Below are positions 7,967 through 14,075 of a DNA stretch of 16,371 nt, piece by piece. Source of the stretch: Candidatus Thorarchaeota archaeon. Its GTDB lineage: Archaea > Asgardarchaeota > Thorarchaeia > Thorarchaeales > Thorarchaeaceae. Position numbers and translations under genes: made by a program. The DNA is taken from positions 1 to 16,371 of the forward strand of contig SDNP01000046.1 of NCBI GenBank assembly GCA_004524445.1, read 5' to 3'. Below the pieces are notes generated by a model, which had not been told where the DNA came from, did not search any database, and saw nothing but the letters and a program-made list of their open reading frames with translations. Every line of letters begins with the position of its first letter. Position 1 is the first letter of the stretch.

Positions 7967-8890
7967 ATGCGTGAGCTAGTTACGAGAACTGGTAGACAAC
8001 GGGCAGTCTTTATTCTTACTATATTGATTTTCAGCTATGGCATTCTTTCGATAAATATAGAGTCTGTTTCGGCGCAGGAAGATTCTGAAGTGGGTTGGGC
8101 AGTGATTATGGAGATGCTTGAATATCCCGAGGGGTGGAATGACATTCCCACAGAGCATGCGGATAGTAAGAAATGGAATAACACACTTCACGCACTTGGT
8201 TGGGACAGCGATCATATTCGGATTCTTCATGAAGAAATCACATTCGGTAGAATTGTAGACGAGTTTCAATGGCTTGAAGAAAACACGGATGAAAATGATG
8301 CAGTGGTATTCTTTGTCTTTGCACATGGATCTTGGATGCGAAATATCATAGGAGATGGAATTGATATAGGGGCGGCTTGGGAGGATATTCCCAGCAACAA
8401 GAAACTGATGGTATTTTCAACATGTCATGCGGGGGAGTTTGTCACGGGAATACCGGGTGATGACCCTCAAGTCAGGATTGGCTCGGTTCAACGTGACGAG
8501 CTCGCTTGGGCAGGAATTCCGGAAGAAGACCTGCCTATCATTGGCGAGGTCTTCAATCACTTCTTTACTTCAGCACTCCTTAATGCAACAGCTGATACAA
8601 ATGATGATGGAGATGTCAGCGTTGAGGAGGCATTCTATCTAGCTTCCCCCAACACACAGGAGTACCTTCAGAACACAGTGTTTCCTGCTTTCCCAGACTA
8701 TGCTGAAATTTGTAACAATTCAGTTCCTGAGCCAGTTATTCTAGATATGTATGGTGGGGATTTATCATTGGCATGGAACGAAATAGAATCCGAATCTGCA
8801 AATCCATATCCAATTATCTTGGTGTCTATCATGTTCGCAACATTAGTCATCATCCTTGTTTATAGACATCGTAGAGAACGCATAGGATAG
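7967..8890 (+). CDS. Secreted, membrane-anchored caspase/legumain-fold (clan CD) cysteine peptidase (alternative start 7946)
   Basis: Signal-peptide-like N-terminus (RQRAVFILTILIFSYGILSINIESVSA|QED). His motif FFVFAHG (CAT 8324-8326) and Cys motif FSTCHAG (TGT 8423-8425). ADTNDDGDVSVEEAF loop typical of prokaryotic caspase-family proteins. C-terminal TM helix plus basic tail (YPIILVSIMFATLVIILVYRHRRERIG). Confidence 0.82.
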   Translation: MRELVTRTGRQRAVFILTILIFSYGILSINIESVSAQEDSEVGWAVIMEMLEYPEGWNDIPTEHADSKKWNNTLHALGWDSDHIRILHEEITFGRIVDEFQWLEENTDENDAVVFFVFAHGSWMRNIIGDGIDIGAAWEDIPSNKKLMVFSTCHAGEFVTGIPGDDPQVRIGSVQRDELAWAGIPEEDLPIIGEVFNHFFTSALLNATADTNDDGDVSVEEAFYLASPNTQEYLQNTVFPAFPDYAEICNNSVPEPVILDMYGGDLSLAWNEIESESANPYPIILVSIMFATLVIILVYRHRRERIG

Positions 8891-9098
8891 TTTTGATTAT
8901 CCTGAGTGGTGGATATGGACTAGTAGCGAGGTGTGCTGCTGCAGCTACTGTTGCAACAACTAATGCTGCTGTTATTGGACTGGCTGATTATACAGACGCA
9001 GATGGAGTCCCTTGTGGCTCGATACTGGAAGCCATTAGCCAACTGTCTTAGTTTGTACAAGATACAGGTGTGGGTACTACTAGTGCCAACGCCTCATT

Positions 9099-9824
9099 CT
9101 ACTTTCCAATGAAGCATGTTCTTTCGATATTAATTGACCAGAAACGAAGGCCAGAAAGTTCCGCACATGATTCTGTTGGAATATGCCTTGGAATAGCTTC
9201 AAGGATAGATTGAGGTGGTCTTTGAACTTTCTCTTTTTTGCGTGATTCCCCGGAATCTTGCCATGAGGATGCCGGCAAGGCAGCTTGTATCGCCCTGGAT
9301 ACGCTTTGTCGGCCGGAATGTGCCGAAGCACTATAATCAGACGGACTAATTCTAAAGAGATAATACGAAACAATAAGTATGAGCACGCATACGACAATAT
9401 TCATGGACCAAATCAAGTTTACAATTACTTCAAAAGTCGATACCCACTGCCAATTCTCCAATAATCCCAAAATGAAGGATGAAATAATAAGACCCACATA
9501 TGAAAGTAGACCAATAAGCAAAATGACCGCCAGCAGCGATAATGAGGTGGATGCCATTCTTGCCTTTTCCAATGCGTCTGGCTGCGGGAGGAATACTCCT
9601 CCTATAAACTGGGAGTTTGATTTTGTTGAGCCTTCAAACAGCATTAGCCGTATATCGTCTTTTTCCATGCACACTGAGGTATCCTCTTCAGCAGAGCCCA
9701 CAATCTCATAATGGTGTGCTACAAAGCTATTCTTGAGGTCAGAAAAATCAATAGACTGGTCCCAAAGGACAAAATAATAGATTCCGAAGGACTGTTTTGG
9801 CTCTGCGAACCATATTTTGCTCAA
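9099..9824 (-). CDS. Hypothetical membrane protein (2 central TM helices)
   Basis: 241-aa ORF with TTG start preceded by GGGAG, and two long hydrophobic stretches. No family recognised. Confidence 0.55.
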   Translation of the reverse strand: MSKIWFAEPKQSFGIYYFVLWDQSIDFSDLKNSFVAHHYEIVGSAEEDTSVCMEKDDIRLMLFEGSTKSNSQFIGGVFLPQPDALEKARMASTSLSLLAVILLIGLLSYVGLIISSFILGLLENWQWVSTFEVIVNLIWSMNIVVCVLILIVSYYLFRISPSDYSASAHSGRQSVSRAIQAALPASSWQDSGESRKKEKVQRPPQSILEAIPRHIPTESCAELSGLRFWSINIERTCFIGK

Positions 9825-10059
9825 AGGAACTCCCTTCTCTTCTTCTGCTGGAATTTCTATTTAGCCTTATGCCCTTCAAAGTACACAGTTGTTCACTGAT
9901 AAAACACAAAAGAATCAACCACTCAGAGTCAAATCATACGAGCTCTCATTCATTGAAACGTGACAACTAACCTTAATCCATCAAATGAGAGTTTTATTTC
10001 TTGAGAGAATTCGAATACTTCTTATCAGGGAGGCGCTTCCTAACCAGCTAGTGGTTGAA

Positions 10060-11580
10060 ATGGCTGAATATGTCCTAGCTATCGATGTTGGCACATCAGG
10101 CGTACGTTCTATCATATTTGATACAAACGGCGAAGTAAAGGCGAGCGCCTATGATGAATTCACTAGCATGTATCCCCGTCCCTCTTGGGTGGAGCAAAAT
10201 GCGGATGCTTGGTGGTCAGCAGCAACAGATACAACCCGGCTTGCACTCAAGGAGACCACGCTCTCAGGTGAGGACATCATTGGAATCAGTGTTACGAACC
10301 AGAGAGAAACAATCGTTCCCGTCGATGAATATGGTACTCCACTCAGACATGCCATAGTGTGGCAGGACCGAAGAACGACTGTCCAATGTGATGCAATCCG
10401 CTCAAGAATTCCCGTTGAGAAAATCTATCACACGACTGGGTTGACAGTAGATCCTTATTTCTCCGCGCCGAAAATCTTGTGGATAAAAGACAATGAACCA
10501 GAGGTATTCAAGAAGACGCACAAATTTCTCCTTGTTCATGATTACCTTGTTCACAAATTGGCAGGCAACTATGTCACTGATTACTCGAATGCAAGTCGTA
10601 CCCTTCTCTTTGACATAGACGCATCTCAATGGTCTGATTTAATGCTCAACGAGCTGGAAATACCCACAGAAAAGATGCCTAAACCTGTGTCTCCTGGCAC
10701 AAAAGCAGGAGAGCTTACCACTAAAGCTGCTGAATCAATGGGTCTTGAGCGCGGGACTCCAATTATCGCAGGAGGTGGCGATCAGCAATGTGCCGCATTG
10801 GGGGTTGGTGTAGTCGAAGAAGGCATGATAAAAGCTACTACGGGTACGGGTACATTCATTCTAGCCCACTCGGATGCACTCAGACTGGATGACGAAAGAA
10901 GAGTTCTCTGCAGTCGGCACGTTGTTCCAGAATCTTATGTGGTAGAGGCCAGCATGTTTACTACCGGTTCCGCATTGCGTTGGGTACGAGATAACATAGC
11001 CATCGAGGAGTGCAATATTGCGGAAAAGAGGAATATGGACCCCTATGATATAATGACAGCCGAGGCTGAGCAAATATCTCCCGGATCAGAAGGTGTTATC
11101 CATATACCCCACCTTGCTGGAGCAGGTGCACCATATTGGAATCCACATGCGCGTGGTGTCTTTGCTGGACTCGCTCTAGGTCATACTCGTAGTCATATGA
11201 TTCGTTCTGTCTTGGAAGGTGTTTCTTATGAAATTCGGGCTAATCTGGAAGTAATGAGATCTCTTGGTCTCCCCTCTGATGAAGTGAGGATAACAGGCGG
11301 AGCTGCTCGTAGCGAGACATGGATGCAGATACAGGCAGATGTGCTTGGCGTCCCCGTAATCAGAACCGAGTTGGAGGATGCCACTGCTTTGGGTGCTGCC
11401 ATTCTTGCTTGCTATGGTGTTGGTATCTTCAAATCGATTTCAGCTGCTGCACGAGAGATGGTCAGACTGAAAGACCAGTTGAAACCATCTGAGGAAAATA
11501 GGACAGTATATGATACGGCATACGAAAGATATCGGGAATTATACGACGCCATCTCCGAGATTCGATTGGATACTATCTAA
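10060..11580 (+). CDS. FGGY-family carbohydrate kinase (glycerol kinase/xylulokinase-like)
   Basis: LAIDVGTSG, ISVTNQRET, AIVWQDRRT, DPYFSAPKILW, TDYSNASRT, GGGDQQCA, GAPYW, RSVLEGV, ITGGAARS, ATALGAA. The start is moved to MAEYVL (10060) because the family motif begins there. Confidence 0.93.
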   Translation: MAEYVLAIDVGTSGVRSIIFDTNGEVKASAYDEFTSMYPRPSWVEQNADAWWSAATDTTRLALKETTLSGEDIIGISVTNQRETIVPVDEYGTPLRHAIVWQDRRTTVQCDAIRSRIPVEKIYHTTGLTVDPYFSAPKILWIKDNEPEVFKKTHKFLLVHDYLVHKLAGNYVTDYSNASRTLLFDIDASQWSDLMLNELEIPTEKMPKPVSPGTKAGELTTKAAESMGLERGTPIIAGGGDQQCAALGVGVVEEGMIKATTGTGTFILAHSDALRLDDERRVLCSRHVVPESYVVEASMFTTGSALRWVRDNIAIEECNIAEKRNMDPYDIMTAEAEQISPGSEGVIHIPHLAGAGAPYWNPHARGVFAGLALGHTRSHMIRSVLEGVSYEIRANLEVMRSLGLPSDEVRITGGAARSETWMQIQADVLGVPVIRTELEDATALGAAILACYGVGIFKSISAAAREMVRLKDQLKPSEENRTVYDTAYERYRELYDAISEIRLDTI

Positions 11581-12863
11581 GATGCATAGACCGCTATCTT
11601 GTTCGCTTTATCCAAGACAGTGATCTTCACATTTGGATCATCTTCAATCCATCTATCAATAGTTTCCTGTGGATTGAATACCTTGTTGAGATGAGCAGCC
11701 TCTACATCATCCTTTTCGAGCTTGGTGTACATATCGATTGAATTCACGCGTTTGAGTAACTGGGCAAACTTGTATGCTTTGTGTTGGTAGAGTTTGTACC
11801 CTTCGCTAATGCTATCAATCACTTTGTTAAGCGGCATTGTGAGCTTATTGTAGAAGTTCTCGATAGCGGAACCTGGTCCAATTCCATCTCTACACTCTGC
11901 TAGGAATAGGATATCTCCTCCGTCCATCACGGCATTCTTGGTTAGCTCTAAACCCCTCTGTGCGTGGTACAAGCTCTTATCCTGGGGATAACCGCCGGGA
12001 GATACCACTATCTTAGGGGTTGGTTGGACAGTGAAACTAGTAGTCTCATCTAAGATTTCAATCCCACCGGCAATGACCGGTTTCACCTCGCCAGCATCCG
12101 CCCAGACAATTTCTTCCCCTGCTGAAATGACGGATAGGGTGAAGACCCTAGCATCCTTTGTAATCATCTCAAAGGCCTCCCTCATATCATCAGCCAGAGG
12201 ATTATTTCGTCTGTCTTTATTTGGATGATATGGGTGAAGGCCAAAGGTCGAGTTTACATCAAGAGCCATGGAGTGGTTTGCTTCTATGCTGTCAAACGCA
12301 CAGATGCCTGGCAATAAGTCCTTTAGAGCATTGGAATAACCAGCAAAATAGTGTGCCTTCATGTCAGCGAGTGCTACATACAGCTCATGGCCTAATGCTG
12401 CATCATTTATTATGACAGGGGTTCCTCTAGATGTGGTGCCCACATCAGTGACATCCTCGCTCTCGCAGTCATTGATAACCACATCATAGTTTTCTAACTT
12501 TGCTGAGCGTGCTGCTCGATGAATCATCTCAACTATTTCGAGATTTCCCGTATGCTTGACCTCATGTGAGCCAGTTGTGACAATGAATTGGACCATAGTT
12601 GCATCTCTTAGGCGTGGAACTGTGGTACTCAGAAGTTCCCAATGAGGCTCATCACGTGTATGATCTTCTACCAAGACACAGACACTCTTTCCTCGACTGA
12701 GGTCTTCGAGCATTTCGCCATGTGGGTTGTCAAGGACACGATTCAGTTCATGCTCCACATCAGCTATAGTGTCAGGATTTCTTGGCTCAATAATATCTGC
12801 AAGATTCTTCTTAGGAATCTCAAGTTCTATTTTTTCCCTTCCGTACGTAAGGCTGACCTTCAT
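11577..12863 (-). CDS. larA: LarA-family nickel-pincer-dependent racemase/epimerase
   Basis: MKVSLTYG start, EDHTRDEPH, TTGSH, GTTSRGTP, HYFAGYSNALKDLLPGI, EANH, GGYPQD.SLY, AECRDGIG, HKAY. The start is moved from 12935 to ATG 12863. The substrate may not be lactate. Confidence 0.88.
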   Translation of the reverse strand: MKVSLTYGREKIELEIPKKNLADIIEPRNPDTIADVEHELNRVLDNPHGEMLEDLSRGKSVCVLVEDHTRDEPHWELLSTTVPRLRDATMVQFIVTTGSHEVKHTGNLEIVEMIHRAARSAKLENYDVVINDCESEDVTDVGTTSRGTPVIINDAALGHELYVALADMKAHYFAGYSNALKDLLPGICAFDSIEANHSMALDVNSTFGLHPYHPNKDRRNNPLADDMREAFEMITKDARVFTLSVISAGEEIVWADAGEVKPVIAGGIEILDETTSFTVQPTPKIVVSPGGYPQDKSLYHAQRGLELTKNAVMDGGDILFLAECRDGIGPGSAIENFYNKLTMPLNKVIDSISEGYKLYQHKAYKFAQLLKRVNSIDMYTKLEKDDVEAAHLNKVFNPQETIDRWIEDDPNVKITVLDKANKIAVYAS

Positions 12864-12968
12864 TGAATACCCCTGTATTATTTCTGTCTTGGTACCAGAA
12901 AAACATTCACTAAGATGCACTCTCGTGGAAACCAAAATGATTATTCGACTTGGAACGAAAAATCATCT

Positions 12969-13298
12969 ATGGACAATGACGAAAGACAGGATAGCCTTGA
13001 TATGACTATCGGCCGATGAATAGATGTGGAATCAGAGCCACCCTGTTTTATGATAACCTTCCTCTCCGCAGGACAAAAATTTGGTTTCTCTCTTGGCGGC
13101 ACACGAGGTGCGATGTGGGGGCACTCATTGGTTCTTTAGCAGGATCCGTTTTTTTGGTGTGATTAGTATATTCATTTCAATTCGGGTCTATGAAAGAATT
13201 GAACAGAAACAGGCTTCACATTAATCTTACACCCATCCTCAGTTGAAGAAATTCCTGAAGATGTGAAGTTTGATTTTGAAAATGAAGGTGACCCGTAA
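12969..13298 (+). pseudogene. Disrupted small two-TM (AtpZ/AtpI-like topology) membrane protein gene
   Basis: Reconstruction: MDNDERQDSLDMTIGR*IDVESEPPCFMITFLSAGQKFGFSLGGTRGAMWG/ALIGSLAGSVF/FGVISIFISIRVYERIEQKQASH*SYT/PSSVEEIPEDVKFDFENEGDP*. It has two in-frame stops (13017, 13222) and three single-base deletions in homopolymers, and ends 5 nt from the convergent gene's stop. Confidence 0.55.
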
Positions 13299-13303
13299 CC
13301 TTT

Positions 13304-13882
13304 CTAATCCAAGAATTCTGAGTCATCAGTGTCAAGAACTTCAATAATCACTTTTGATGCGGTTCTTCCCACAATTGCGATAATGATTTGAATTAGGAGC
13401 GCAATGAAGAAAGCACCCAGCGCGAAACTGAACACAAGTAGTGATATCGAGTCATACGATGCAGCCCAAGGCGCAAGGTAGTATTTGTGGATCAAATACC
13501 AGATGTATATACCTGTTATCCCCACCAAGCCCACAATTAGGGCATACATGTAGACCAGGGTCTTGACTCTTGGCTTATCAATATCTACGATTTCAATTCC
13601 TGGGCCAATTACTGCATAACTGATTCTCCTAGAGAAGCGCAAAAAGAAGCTAAAGGCAATCAGAAAGACCATGAGAGTAATGATACTCCCCACGAGTAGA
13701 AGTAAGACTCTTAGATCCTCAGCAATGCCAGGGATGAACTCATCTAGGTAGAATGCTGCTATTGCTCCAATCATGACAATGACGGATATAATCTCAACAA
13801 TGAAGGTGGCTATAGATGAATTGCGAAAGAGAGACCCAATATCGAAGAGCTTTCTGTTTTGGGATACACTATTCTCCGTCAT
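13304..13882 (-). CDS. Hypothetical 4-TM membrane protein
   Basis: 192-aa ATG-started ORF with four hydrophobic helices arranged as two hairpins and an acidic C-terminal tail. Confidence 0.8.
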   Translation of the reverse strand: MTENSVSQNRKLFDIGSLFRNSSIATFIVEIISVIVMIGAIAAFYLDEFIPGIAEDLRVLLLLVGSIITLMVFLIAFSFFLRFSRRISYAVIGPGIEIVDIDKPRVKTLVYMYALIVGLVGITGIYIWYLIHKYYLAPWAASYDSISLLVFSFALGAFFIALLIQIIIAIVGRTASKVIIEVLDTDDSEFLD

Positions 13883-14020
13883 ATTGTTGCGCCTTATCTG
13901 GCATGTGCGTTTCTAGTATTTGAATGTTGATGAAAAGAATCAAGCATAGTTCTTTCATGCTGGAGATACTCTTTACCATCCCTTCAAGGTAAGTTGAATA
14001 TATAGTGCTGCTCCCATACT

Positions 14021-14044
14021 AGATCCGAATCAAACATCGGATTT
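14021..14044. other. Short hairpin downstream of the large helical-protein gene (possible terminator/processing element)
   Basis: agATCCGA-atcaaaca-TCGGATtt, a 6-bp perfect stem about 30 nt after the stop at 14076. Confidence 0.25.
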
Positions 14045-14075
14045 GACGATTTGAACTGATTATCTATTCTGTTGG

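Noticed and set aside
8931-8963. Cys-rich string VCCCSYCCNN suggesting a metallothionein/RiPP peptide
   Set aside because: It arises from the alternative frame of GCT/GCA repeats and has no plausible start codon after the protease stop.
9985-10059. 25-aa N-terminal extension of the FGGY kinase in the ORF track
   Set aside because: The family motif begins at MAEYVLAIDVGT. The extension is probably untranslated promoter/leader sequence.
12864-12935. N-terminal extension of LarA in the ORF track
   Set aside because: LarA proteins start at the MKVxLxYG-like motif, which corresponds to ATG 12863.
13017-13019. In-frame TGA in the remnant as a selenocysteine codon (some Asgard lineages use Sec)
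   Set aside because: There is no redox-motif context and no recognisable SECIS. The same gene also has a TAA and three frameshifts, so decay is the simpler explanation.
13930-13958. Imperfect inverted repeat ATGAAAAGAA...TTCTTTCAT upstream of the 4-TM gene
   Set aside because: It is AT-rich, bulged and low in complexity, so plausibly chance.
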